Below, piece by piece: positions 39,346-48,941 of a DNA stretch of 64,000 nt; within the stretch, counting starts at the first letter, position 1; each line of letters starts with the position of its first letter. Position numbers and translations under genes: made by a program. This stretch comes from Candidatus Poribacteria bacterium. GTDB taxonomy: Bacteria; Poribacteria; WGA-4E; PCPOR2b. The DNA lies in contig OZ242036.1 in NCBI GenBank assembly GCA_965205075.1, positions 4,928,800 through 4,992,799 on the forward strand, read 5' to 3'. The notes beneath the pieces are model-generated. The model made no database searches, had not been told where the DNA came from, and saw nothing but the letters and a program-made list of their open reading frames with translations.

Positions 39346-41982
39346 ATGACCGACATTCCAAAAACATATGCACCGCACGACATCGAAGAAAAATGGTACA
39401 AATACTGGCGGGACAAGGATTATTTCCATGCCACTGATACATCTGACAAACCCCCTTACTCGATTGTGATTCCGCCCCCAAATATCACAGGGAGTCTACA
39501 TATCGGGCACGCACTCAACAATACATTGCAAGACACACTGATCCGTTGGCGACGGATGCAGGGTTACAATACACTCTGGATGCCGGGGACAGACCATGCG
39601 GGCATTGGCACAGAGATCATCATGGAAAGACAGCTCACCGCTTGGGGAACAGACCGTGATGAACTGGGTCGTGAAAAGTTTATTGAGAGGATGTGGGATT
39701 GGAAGGATGAAACGCACGCAACCATCAGCGATCAGTTATACCAACTCGGCTGTTCCTGTGATTGGGAACGTGAACGATTCACGATGGATGAGGGGCTATC
39801 CAGAGCAGTCTGTACCGCGTTTGTCAAACTCTACGACGCAGGCTTAATCTATCGTGACGCAAACTTAGTCAATTGGTGCCCACACTGCCGTACTGTCATC
39901 TCCAACCTTGAGGTTGAGCCGGTTGAGATTGATGGAAACTTTTACCACATCAAGTATCCGATTAAGGATTCAGAGGAATCCGTTGAAATTGCGACGACGC
40001 GTCCGGAGACGATGCTCGGCGACACGGCAGTTGCCGTCCATCCAGACGATACGCGCTATCAACACCTCATCGGCAAAACGGCGATCCTACCGATTCTTGG
40101 ACGTGAACTCCCAATCATCGCGGACGAATATGTTGATCTGGAATTTGGTACAGGCGCACTGAAGGTCACACCCGCTCATGATCCAAACGACTACGAAATC
40201 GGTCAACGACACGAACTTGAGCAGGTCAACATACTGAATCCGGACGGCAGCTTGAATGAGAATGCGGGAACGAAGTATCAGGGCATGGATCGGTTTGAAT
40301 GTCGCGAGGTGTTGGTCAAAGATTTACGTGCACAGGGGTATCTACTTAAAGTTGTGCCACACCCCCATGCGGTCGGACACCATGATCGATGCAATCAGAT
40401 TATTGAACCGTATATCTCACCGCAGTGGTATCTGAATGTCAAACCGCTTGCGGAACGGGCGATTGAAGCAACAAAACGGGGTGAAATTGTATTTCTCCCG
40501 GAACGTGAGGAAAGACGATTTTATCAATGGATGGAAAATATCGAACCGTGGCCCATTTCTCGACAACGCTGGTGGGGTCACAAACTCCCAGTCTGGCATT
40601 GCGACGCTTGTGGAGAACTCACGGTAGCGGTGACTCCCCCTTCTCAATGTGCTCACTGCAATTCCGAGAAGATTTGGCAAGATGAGGAGGTTCTCGATAC
40701 ATGGTTCAGTTCGGGGCTTTGGCCCTTCTCGACAATGGGTTGGCCCGATGATACAGAGTGCCTCAAAACTTTCTATCCGACCTCCGTATTGGTGACCGCG
40801 TGGGATATCCTCTTCTTCTGGGTCGTCCGGATGGCGATGCTCGGTCTTCAGTGTATGGACGAAGTGCCATTTCGCCGTGTTTACCTCCATCCACTGGTCG
40901 CTGATGAACACGGACAGAAACAGAGTAAGTCGAAAGGTAACGCGATCGACCCTGTGCCTACTATCCACGAGTATGGTGCTGACGCGTTCCGATTCGCACT
41001 CGTGTTCTCTGCTGTGCCGAATCCATATATTGCGTTAGCTGAGTCCCAAATCGAGGCGGGGAAACGGTTCGCCAACAAAATCTGGAATGCTTCGCGCTTG
41101 CTGTTGATGAATCTCGATGACTTTCAGCCCGGACAACCGACAGATCCTATCTTGTGCGATCAGTGGATTCGCAGCCGCTATAACACAACCGTGGAAACGG
41201 TGACAACATGCCTTGAGGAGTTCCGATTTAGCGACGCAGCGCACACGCTCTATGAATTCCTCTGGCACGAGTTTTGTGATTGGTACGTTGAACTCATCAA
41301 GCAGCGTCTCTACTACACCGACGATCCAACAGCGAAACACACCGCACAGGCGGTTGCCTCTGAAATTCTCGAAGGCACAATGCGAATGCTGCACCCAATC
41401 ATGCCGTTCATCACAGAGGAGATCTGGCAGCGACTCCCGCACGAAGGTGATAGCATCATGGTTGCCCCTTGGCCCGAAACGCAAGGGACCGAGACAGATA
41501 AGAAGGCGGAAGCGGCGATGCAGACAATTATGGACGTTATCGATGGCATCCGCAGTGTCCGGGGTGAGATGAACGTGCCGCCCTCCAGCGAGGTCGAAAT
41601 TCGGATTCAAACCCCGAATCCGGAAACGGCTGAACTTCTCGGCGAACACTTAGAAGAATATCTGCCGGCATTCACGCGCTTCTCACAGATCTCCATCGCT
41701 GAACATCAGGAAAAACCCGCCGCTGCCGCTGTAGCAGTAATCAGCGATATTGTGATCTATATCCCGCTTGCAGGAATTATCGACATTGAGAAGGAGAAGG
41801 ATCGCTTGCAGAAGCGGTTGGACAAGGTAGTCAAAGAACTCACCGGCACCCAGAAAACGTTAGACAATCCGAATTTTGTCAACCGCGCACCAGAAGCAGT
41901 TGTCGAGCAGAAACGCGCCCGGCTTGCAGTCCTTGAATCAGAACAGGAGAAGTTAGTAACGAATATAGAGATGTTGGGTTGA
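39346..41982 (+). CDS. valS: valine--tRNA ligase
   Basis: HIGH motif (LHIGHA), KMSKS variant (KQSKSKGN), editing domain and C-terminal coiled coil; 878 aa. Confidence 0.95.
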   Translation: MTDIPKTYAPHDIEEKWYKYWRDKDYFHATDTSDKPPYSIVIPPPNITGSLHIGHALNNTLQDTLIRWRRMQGYNTLWMPGTDHAGIGTEIIMERQLTAWGTDRDELGREKFIERMWDWKDETHATISDQLYQLGCSCDWERERFTMDEGLSRAVCTAFVKLYDAGLIYRDANLVNWCPHCRTVISNLEVEPVEIDGNFYHIKYPIKDSEESVEIATTRPETMLGDTAVAVHPDDTRYQHLIGKTAILPILGRELPIIADEYVDLEFGTGALKVTPAHDPNDYEIGQRHELEQVNILNPDGSLNENAGTKYQGMDRFECREVLVKDLRAQGYLLKVVPHPHAVGHHDRCNQIIEPYISPQWYLNVKPLAERAIEATKRGEIVFLPEREERRFYQWMENIEPWPISRQRWWGHKLPVWHCDACGELTVAVTPPSQCAHCNSEKIWQDEEVLDTWFSSGLWPFSTMGWPDDTECLKTFYPTSVLVTAWDILFFWVVRMAMLGLQCMDEVPFRRVYLHPLVADEHGQKQSKSKGNAIDPVPTIHEYGADAFRFALVFSAVPNPYIALAESQIEAGKRFANKIWNASRLLLMNLDDFQPGQPTDPILCDQWIRSRYNTTVETVTTCLEEFRFSDAAHTLYEFLWHEFCDWYVELIKQRLYYTDDPTAKHTAQAVASEILEGTMRMLHPIMPFITEEIWQRLPHEGDSIMVAPWPETQGTETDKKAEAAMQTIMDVIDGIRSVRGEMNVPPSSEVEIRIQTPNPETAELLGEHLEEYLPAFTRFSQISIAEHQEKPAAAAVAVISDIVIYIPLAGIIDIEKEKDRLQKRLDKVVKELTGTQKTLDNPNFVNRAPEAVVEQKRARLAVLESEQEKLVTNIEMLG

Positions 41983-42044
41983 GGGGCAGCAGAGTTGAAT
42001 TGAACAACATCCAGTCAAGAGCATTAGTACTGCAAAAGAGAATT

Positions 42045-43205
42045 AAGATGGCAACAGTCGAGCGAGATTATTCTGACGCGAAAAAGGTAAGGGTTATCGT
42101 GGTAGGCGCGGGGATTGTTGGGGCATCAATAGCCTATCACCTGTCGCGTCGCAAAGATGTTGCTGTGACCGTCCTTGAGCGGGATGAACCGTGCGCGGGA
42201 GCATCGGGGCACTCCTTTGCATGGCTTAACTCGTTCGGCAAAGATCCCGTGAGCTATCACCACTTCAACCGCCGGTCAATGGACATTTGGGATCGATTTG
42301 CTCGCAGTTTGGAGATGGATCTTGATCTCCATTGGGGCGGTGAACTTCGGTGGGAATGGGCACCGGAGCGAGTTGAGGCGTTGCGTCAACGGATTAAGCA
42401 GCTACAGGGGTGGGGGTATCCCATCCGCATCATTTCGAGCGATGAATTCTGCGAGCTTGAGCCCGGTCTTTCCCCCGGTCCTGTGGAGATAGCCTCTTTT
42501 TCGGAGATTGATGGGCGCGTGGATCCACTCAAAGTAATTGAAGCCTGTTTACAACGTGCGTGTGAGGCGGGAGCCGCGGTGCATACCCATACCCCGGTCG
42601 TCGAACTATGCCTCGATGGAGGGGGAAGGATAGAGGGGGTCAATACCCCCAGCGGAGAGATCGGTTGTGATGTGGTGGTACTGGCAAACGGGACTGCCGT
42701 AACGGAACTCGCCGCCACCGCTGGTGTCCACATCCCCCAACAGCATAGCCCCGGCATCGTGGTTCGCACCGATCCACAGCCACCAATATTACAGAACGTT
42801 TCAGTGCTTCATCTACCACCCATCGACCAAGATCGGCATGAAATCCACCTGCGACAATCCGCCGACGGGACGCTTGCCATCGGTCAAGGCTCACAGGAGA
42901 GTGTAGACCAAGACGATTCCCAAGAACATGCGGATGACCTGTTGAGTCGCGCCGTCCATTATCTGCCAGCCCTCGCCGGTGCACGAGCGATTCCAACACC
43001 AGTAGGCTATCGTCCAATGCCGATCGATGAGTTGCCGGTCATAGGATTTTGTGCAGCAGCACCGAATTTGTATATCGCTTTGATGCACAGTGGGGTTACG
43101 TTGGCACCTTTAGTAGGAGAATTGGCGGCGTTAGAAATTGTTGATGGTGCCCACGTTGAAATGCTTGCTCCATATCGTCCGGAGCGGTTCAGGTCCGCTA
43201 ATTGA
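42045..43205 (+). CDS. FAD-dependent oxidoreductase (DAO family, glycine/D-amino-acid oxidase-like)
   Basis: Dinucleotide-binding motif VIVVGAGIVGASIAYHL. The track ORF starts at 41979, overlapping valS; ATG 42045 is more likely. Confidence 0.8.
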   Translation, partial: KMATVERDYSDAKKVRVIVVGAGIVGASIAYHLSRRKDVAVTVLERDEPCAGASGHSFAWLNSFGKDPVSYHHFNRRSMDIWDRFARSLEMDLDLHWGGELRWEWAPERVEALRQRIKQLQGWGYPIRIISSDEFCELEPGLSPGPVEIASFSEIDGRVDPLKVIEACLQRACEAGAAVHTHTPVVELCLDGGGRIEGVNTPSGEIGCDVVVLANGTAVTELAATAGVHIPQQHSPGIVVRTDPQPPILQNVSVLHLPPIDQDRHEIHLRQSADGTLAIGQGSQESVDQDDSQEHADDLLSRAVHYLPALAGARAIPTPVGYRPMPIDELPVIGFCAAAPNLYIALMHSGVTLAPLVGELAALEIVDGAHVEMLAPYRPERFRSAN

Positions 43206-43289
43206 ACGAATCTACACTAAATATAACCCAAGTTGCCAGTCATACACGGTGTGCCCCAATATCCGTAGGTTGGGCATATTGCCTGACCT

Positions 43290-43372
43290 ACAAAGCCCCA
43301 GAGGGGCGATATGTGTATAGTAATGCCGAACCCCCACATGCCCAAAGCCCCAGCGGGGCGACAGGTGTATGG
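43290..43372. repeat. two tandem copies of a ~25-bp GC-hairpin repeat (AAGCCCCAGCGGGGCGACAGGTGTAT family)
   Basis: Copies lie at 43294 and 43346. Related copies occur at 49075-49100 and, degenerate, at 58722-58740. Confidence 0.6.
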
Positions 43373-43767
43373 AATACGTCACTGAAAGAGGCTTAAATAT
43401 GATTCAAGTAAAGGAACAGCTAGAACAGTGCTTGGACAAATTTCGCGCGGGCACGCTGACGGAGCAGGATTTGCAGCAAGCGTTGGAAGATGTAAACAAC
43501 GAGTTGAATGCGGCGGCAAAGCCCCAACGCCTGTTATATCTCCAAGCCACAAATACGTCAGTTACCTCGGCGGTTGAGGGCATGTCAATCGTTGAGAGTG
43601 ACGGTGTGCACAACGGTCCCGACGAGCCTGATGATTGGCCCTACCAGACTGTGCATGAGGCAATGCTGGACGGCTGGCGTATCGTCAAGTTTCCCGAAAT
43701 GACACTGATGTTAGTGGGGGAAAACGAAACCTATGGGCTCGGCTGCGAATTTATCCTCGAAAAGTGA
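43369..43767 (+). CDS. hypothetical protein
   Basis: 132-aa ORF with an acidic helical N-terminus and no motif. Confidence 0.35.
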   Translation: MEYVTERGLNMIQVKEQLEQCLDKFRAGTLTEQDLQQALEDVNNELNAAAKPQRLLYLQATNTSVTSAVEGMSIVESDGVHNGPDEPDDWPYQTVHEAMLDGWRIVKFPEMTLMLVGENETYGLGCEFILEK

Positions 43768-43805
43768 AGCCACAACCGTAGCACTTCCACGAAAGGATTT
43801 TACCG

Positions 43806-44648
43806 ATGATCGATCAAACATACGATTGCGAACCGACGCTAACGGATCAACAGGTAATCGAATTTTGTCAGAAAGGGTTTATCATCCTCGAAGGCGTGGT
43901 ATCAGATGAAATTAATCGCCGCGTCTCGGACTTTATGGATGACCACACTCACTTAGAACCGGTCGAAATCCTCGCTGAAGACTGGTTTGTCGAAGGCGTT
44001 CTTAAAAATCCGCAGGCAGCGGGTGCGGTGCGGTCGTTACTGGGAAAGAACTTCAAGCTGCCGATGATCATGAGCAACCACCGTGTCGAGTGTCCTCGGA
44101 CCCTGAGTTGTGGATGGCATCGGGACGGCGGTGCTATCGACGCAACACGACTCGAATTTTTACAGGTGTTTTACTACCCCCAAGACACACCAAAAGAGAT
44201 GGGACCGACCGAATTGGTGCCGAGTTCACACTTAGTCCGCGCCAAACGCCGTTTCATGAGCCACTACGGCAACATCCGAGTAGGCGTGAAAACGGCGGCC
44301 CCGGCGGGTTCAATTTTTATTACGCACTACAGTATTTGGCACCGCGCCACCTCATCCACCGGCAGCGGTATCCGCAATCTGCTTAAATACAACTATTGGC
44401 GGACGGTTCCACCGGAACGTGACTGGGTGGTTGATCCCTCCACCGACTTTATGCAGATGAAGTTCATGCCAGATGTTTCGGTGCTTGAAAAGTGGTACGA
44501 TTCTATCCACGTCGCCCGGTTGTTCCAATGGTTGTGTGGTCTCGGCGATGATTTCGAGTTCAAGGGGGGTCAATCTTGGCCCATCACTGCCGGCGGCGGT
44601 TATAACACAACTGAAGGCTTACCACCCGGACTGGGTTCTGTTGACTAG
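43806..44648 (+). CDS. phytanoyl-CoA dioxygenase (PhyH) family Fe(II)/2OG oxygenase
   Basis: Family-typical N-terminus (QQVIEFCQKGFIILEGVVSDE), HxD (WHRDGG) and a distal His. Confidence 0.6.
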   Translation: MIDQTYDCEPTLTDQQVIEFCQKGFIILEGVVSDEINRRVSDFMDDHTHLEPVEILAEDWFVEGVLKNPQAAGAVRSLLGKNFKLPMIMSNHRVECPRTLSCGWHRDGGAIDATRLEFLQVFYYPQDTPKEMGPTELVPSSHLVRAKRRFMSHYGNIRVGVKTAAPAGSIFITHYSIWHRATSSTGSGIRNLLKYNYWRTVPPERDWVVDPSTDFMQMKFMPDVSVLEKWYDSIHVARLFQWLCGLGDDFEFKGGQSWPITAGGGYNTTEGLPPGLGSVD

Positions 44649-44802
44649 CACGTAGGTTGGGTTGAACGGTTAAACGTGGATTCCTATCGACTATAATAGA
44701 GACTTAGGCGTTCAAAGACATCTGTTCATAGGCAGATAGAGTGAAACCCAACTCAGTTTTTCATCGGGCAGCCTCCCTTTCAAAAAATTATTTCATAAAA
44801 GC

Positions 44803-44866
44803 CGTCTTTTGTACCACAATCTGTTAGATTGTGATCCGAACCCGCAAACTAACAGTTTGCGCTACA
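44803..44866. promoter_or_regulatory. 64-bp conserved dyad-symmetric element upstream of PhyH gene 44918
   Basis: GTCTTTTGTACCACAATCTGTTAGATTGTGATCCGAACCCGCAAACTAACAGTTTGCGCTACA is nearly identical, in inverted orientation, to 62884-62947 upstream of SDR gene 63001. It contains the CTGTTAG...CTAACAG inverted repeat. Confidence 0.5.
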
Positions 44867-44917
44867 TTTATCTGACAATGTACTAGTTTGATACATCATA
44901 GGAAGGAGCATTGACCG

Positions 44918-45748
44918 ATGCAACCAACACAGCAGACCTCTACAGCAGAGGTGCTCCCAAAGCTAGCCGCCGAATTGATTGCCTACGAAAGCCGAGAAGA
45001 ACGAGCACAGGCGATGGAGCGCGATGGCTTTGTTTTTCTTCCCGCAGTTCTCAGTCCCGCACAGGTTCAAGAATTGCGCGAATGTTCCGATCGCATCAAA
45101 AGCGTGGCAGCGCCGAGATGGGATTTTATTGATCCAGATGGCAGCGGGATTAAAACCATCCAGAATGCGTTTAATCGAGATCCGCTCTATCTCGATTTTC
45201 TAGACAAACCGGGCGTTATCGAACTAGTTGAAGATACGCTGGGCGAAGACTGTCACATCATTCAGATGACGCAGTGGAACACGGGGAGGCGGGAGGAGCA
45301 GAAAATGCACGCGGATTGGAAGCCGATCCTGCTGCCCGATGATGTAGCGATTGATCCGCGGGTCAAGATCCCACCACTGATCATGACTGCCCACTTTTAT
45401 CTGGATGATATGTATGAAGCCCTTGGACCCACGCGTGTCGTCCCCGGCAGCCACCGCGCCGGCGTTCGACCTGAACGGGATCAGGATAGGTGGAACGGCA
45501 CGGAGGAGCAATCAATCCTCTGCCAAGCGGGTGATGTGATTGTTTTCAGGAGCGATGTGTGGCATCGGGGGGGTGCCAATCGCACCGATCAGGTTCGCTA
45601 TCTGCTGCAGGTCCATTACGCCAATCGGTGGATCGCCCAACGATTCCCACCCTTTCTAAGTTTTCAGTTTGACCCAGAAATTCTATCGAAGGCGACACCA
45701 CGCCAGCGTCGGCTGTTAGGTGAACATCGTCCAGGTCCCTTTGCTTAA
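44918..45748 (+). CDS. phytanoyl-CoA dioxygenase (PhyH) family Fe(II)/2OG oxygenase
   Basis: RBS GGAAGGAG is present. HADW, GDVIVFRSDVWHRGGAN and the conserved R (NRTDQVRY). Confidence 0.7.
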   Translation: MQPTQQTSTAEVLPKLAAELIAYESREERAQAMERDGFVFLPAVLSPAQVQELRECSDRIKSVAAPRWDFIDPDGSGIKTIQNAFNRDPLYLDFLDKPGVIELVEDTLGEDCHIIQMTQWNTGRREEQKMHADWKPILLPDDVAIDPRVKIPPLIMTAHFYLDDMYEALGPTRVVPGSHRAGVRPERDQDRWNGTEEQSILCQAGDVIVFRSDVWHRGGANRTDQVRYLLQVHYANRWIAQRFPPFLSFQFDPEILSKATPRQRRLLGEHRPGPFA

Positions 45749-45860
45749 AACGGGGAGTATCTGTGTAATAGCACTACATCCCCGCACAGTTTTTAGTTAG
45801 AAGAATGTTTTCACGGTCAACATTGTATTAACACCGGTCGTCAGTAAATAGAAAGGTGGC

Positions 45861-46736
45861 ATGGCAGAATTCGATATTGTTTCCAAACAACTTGTTAAAA
45901 ATTATCCCGCAGATTTCGTTCGATTCACTTTTGAACAGGAGGGCATCGAAGTTCTAGAAGTCATTGATACCGAGCAACCCACCGTCGAATCCCGATTAAT
46001 GGATAGCCTTATACGGGTACAAATCCATGGTGAGGAAGCATTGGTGCATACCGAATTTCAAACGGGGGACAGCACGAACCCGTCAATGCCACGCCGAATG
46101 GCAGGATATATTGGTCGAGCGATTGAAACCTACGGACTTCCCATCTACTCCAACGTTATCTACCTTCGTCCGGATGCCGGACAAAGAGATGCGGGACAAT
46201 ATGTGCAGGAGAGGGGTGGGTATCGTATCGTTATTCAATACAAGGTCATAAGATTGATCGAAATTGAAGGACAAGCGGTTATTGAGCAAGAGCTCTGGGG
46301 ACTGCTTCCCTTCGCACCACTCATGAAACCACCTCAAGGAATGGTTGGTGCACAGTGGTTGCGGCGATGTATTCAAACCGCAGACACTTTGCCTTTGGAC
46401 AGCACAAACAGATCAAATTTTTTTACAGACATCGCTATCCTCAGTGGGTTAATTCACGATTCTCAAACCATTACCACTATTATTTCGGAGGAAACCATGT
46501 ACGAATCATCTATTGTCCAACTCTTTACCGAAAGAGGACAAAGACAACAAGGTATCGAATATGTCCTTGACGTTTTGGCGATTCGATTTCATCCAAGTGA
46601 AACTGAAGCCCTAAAGCCGGCCATTGAGACGATCGAAGATTTGCAACTCCTCAAGCAGTTGCACCGGTCAGCTATGCAGGCACCAAATCTTGATGAATTC
46701 AAACGGACTCTAACTTCAATGACCAACGGGCAATAA
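45861..46736 (+). CDS. Rpn-family recombination-promoting nuclease/putative transposase (PD-(D/E)xK with DUF4351-like C-terminus)
   Basis: 291 aa; N-terminal AEFDIVSKQL...ADFVRF and a central D/E-x-K-like core resemble YhgA/Rpn-type proteins. Assignment is by pattern memory only. Confidence 0.45.
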   Translation: MAEFDIVSKQLVKNYPADFVRFTFEQEGIEVLEVIDTEQPTVESRLMDSLIRVQIHGEEALVHTEFQTGDSTNPSMPRRMAGYIGRAIETYGLPIYSNVIYLRPDAGQRDAGQYVQERGGYRIVIQYKVIRLIEIEGQAVIEQELWGLLPFAPLMKPPQGMVGAQWLRRCIQTADTLPLDSTNRSNFFTDIAILSGLIHDSQTITTIISEETMYESSIVQLFTERGQRQQGIEYVLDVLAIRFHPSETEALKPAIETIEDLQLLKQLHRSAMQAPNLDEFKRTLTSMTNGQ

Positions 46737-46748
46737 GAGGGAATACAC

Positions 46749-48848
46749 ATGACTTTCAGGTATCGTCTGGGAGTAGACATCGGGGGGACATTCACCGATG
46801 CAACCCTGATCAACGAAGAAACGGGTGAGATCCGCGTCGGCAAAGTGCCTTCGACACCCCAAGACCCATCACAGGGTTTCATGGAGGCAACCCACCGCAT
46901 ATTACGCGAGGCTGGCGTGTCGCCGGATGAGGTCGGCTATGTCGTTCACGGGACAACGGTAGCAACCAACTCGATCATTGAAGGCAAGGTTGCCCGCACA
47001 GGCTTCATTACAACCGACGGCTTTCGCGATCTGTTAGAGATCCAGCGACAGATTCGACCATCGCTCTACGATTTACACTTTGAAAAGCCGCGTCCTTTGA
47101 CGCCTCGTTACCTATGTTTCGGTGTACCTGAGCGATTGGACGCCCAAGGGAATGTGCTCACGCCGCTTGATGAGTCCGCAGTCAGGAATGCAGCAGCGCA
47201 ACTTCGCCGAGAGGACGTGGAATCAATCGCTGTCTGCTTCCTTCACGCCTACATCAATCCGAGCCATGAGAAACGGACGGGCGAGATTCTACGTGAAATT
47301 CTCCCCGACACGATTATCTCCCTTTCATCAGAGGTCGCACCGGAGTTTCGGGAGTATTTCCGGGCGAGTACGACAGTCATCAACGCTTCCATTAGACCCG
47401 TCGTCGGACGTTATCTCCAGAGCATTGAGGTGCGGCTGCGAGCGGAAGGATTAGCGGCGGAACTGCTTGTGATGCAGAGCAGCGGTGGGGTTTTCACATT
47501 TGAAGCAGCGAGCGAAAAACCGGTCTTCATGGTGGAATCGGGGCCCGCAGCGGGTGTCATTGCTGCGACCTATCTCGGCACGACGCTAGGATGTCCGGAC
47601 GTCATCTCCTTCGACATGGGCGGAACCACAGCGAAGGCGGGACTTATTCAGAACGGCACACCAACGATAACCAAAGACTATGAGGTAGGGACGGCGGCGC
47701 AAACCGGCGTGGGTGCCTCCCGCGGCGCAGGCTATCCCATCCGTACTCCCGTCATCGACCTTGTAGAGATTGGTGCCGGCGGCGGCTCGATCGCTTGGGT
47801 GGACTCCGGTGGGGTGCTGCGAGTCGGACCGCAGAGCGCGGGTGCGGATCCAGGTCCGGTGTGTTATGGAACGGGCGGCACTGAACCGACCATCACCGAT
47901 GCCAATTTGGTGTTGGGACGACTCAACCCCAGCTTTTTCTTAGGCGGTGAGATTGAATTAGACGTTGAGGCAGCGCGTCAGGCGATCCAAGAGAAGTGCG
48001 CGGATCCGTTGAATCTTGACCTTGTGGAAGCCGCTCACGGTATCGTGGAGATTGCCAACGCTGCGATGGTCAATGCCTTACGCCTTGTCTCCGTCCAGCG
48101 CGGTTACGACCCCAGAGACTTCGTACTAACAGCGTTTGGCGGTGCGGGTCCGGTACACGCCAACCGTTTGGCAGCAGAGATTGATGTACCCACCACGATT
48201 ATCCCCATGAGCCCCGGCACAACCTCAGCCATGGGTTTGTTGGTAACAGACCTAAAGCACGACTACTCCACAACCCTCATCCAACACATCGACCAACTGG
48301 ACACAGCGGCGGTGGAGGAGACCTACCGAGAGTTGGAGGCGCAGGGAGGTGCAAGTCTGGAGCGGGAGGGTGTGCGTCCAGAGGACATCAGTTTCCTCCG
48401 GCAGGTAGATACGCGCTACGTCGGACAAAGCTACGAGTTGACAGTGCCGTTACCGGCAGAGCAGCTAGACGCTTCAAAGATTGACCGTGTGCTTGAGCAG
48501 TTTCATATCGAGCATGACCGTGCCTACGGCTATAGCGCGCCCACAGAGCCGGTCGAGTTCGTAAACCTACGACTCACCGCAATCGGCAAAATCGCCAAAC
48601 CCCGCCTACGCGAACTGGAAGCGGACAACACAGACATCGCTGCAGCGCAGAAAGCGGTCCGATCCGTCTACTTTGCTGAAAGTGACGGCTACGTTGAATG
48701 TCCCATCTATGACCGTTATCTTCTGGGTCCCGGCTGCGTCTTGACAGGACCGGCAATCGTTGAGGAGATCGATTCCACCACCGTCATCCACCCCGGCTAC
48801 AGTGCACAGGTTGACAGGTTCGGCAACCTGATCTTGACCCGAATTTAA
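46749..48848 (+). CDS. hydantoinase/oxoprolinase A-family protein (HyuA-like)
   Basis: N-terminal LGVDIGGTFTDA, a second ATPase-fold motif (DMGGTTAK) and 699 aa. No hyuB-like gene follows. Confidence 0.85.
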   Translation: MTFRYRLGVDIGGTFTDATLINEETGEIRVGKVPSTPQDPSQGFMEATHRILREAGVSPDEVGYVVHGTTVATNSIIEGKVARTGFITTDGFRDLLEIQRQIRPSLYDLHFEKPRPLTPRYLCFGVPERLDAQGNVLTPLDESAVRNAAAQLRREDVESIAVCFLHAYINPSHEKRTGEILREILPDTIISLSSEVAPEFREYFRASTTVINASIRPVVGRYLQSIEVRLRAEGLAAELLVMQSSGGVFTFEAASEKPVFMVESGPAAGVIAATYLGTTLGCPDVISFDMGGTTAKAGLIQNGTPTITKDYEVGTAAQTGVGASRGAGYPIRTPVIDLVEIGAGGGSIAWVDSGGVLRVGPQSAGADPGPVCYGTGGTEPTITDANLVLGRLNPSFFLGGEIELDVEAARQAIQEKCADPLNLDLVEAAHGIVEIANAAMVNALRLVSVQRGYDPRDFVLTAFGGAGPVHANRLAAEIDVPTTIIPMSPGTTSAMGLLVTDLKHDYSTTLIQHIDQLDTAAVEETYRELEAQGGASLEREGVRPEDISFLRQVDTRYVGQSYELTVPLPAEQLDASKIDRVLEQFHIEHDRAYGYSAPTEPVEFVNLRLTAIGKIAKPRLRELEADNTDIAAAQKAVRSVYFAESDGYVECPIYDRYLLGPGCVLTGPAIVEEIDSTTVIHPGYSAQVDRFGNLILTRI

Positions 48849-48912
48849 TCCTTGGTGAATTAGAGAAATAAGTAGACATTTACCAACAACTCCGACCTTC
48901 ACGAAGTTGCCA

Positions 48913-48941
48913 AAGTCCCCCTGATAAGGGGGATTTAGGGG
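48913..48941. repeat. dispersed 29-bp palindromic repeat, copy B (inverted)
   Basis: AGTCCCCCTGATAAGGGGGATTTAGGGGG. Confidence 0.8.

Noticed and set aside
41979-42044. Start of the FAD-oxidoreductase gene at ATG 41979 overlapping valS
   Set aside because: The first 22 codons (MRGSRVELNNIQSRALVLQKRIK) precede the canonical beta-alpha-beta FAD motif by an unusual distance. ATG 42045 places the GxGxxG motif at residues 13-18, as expected.
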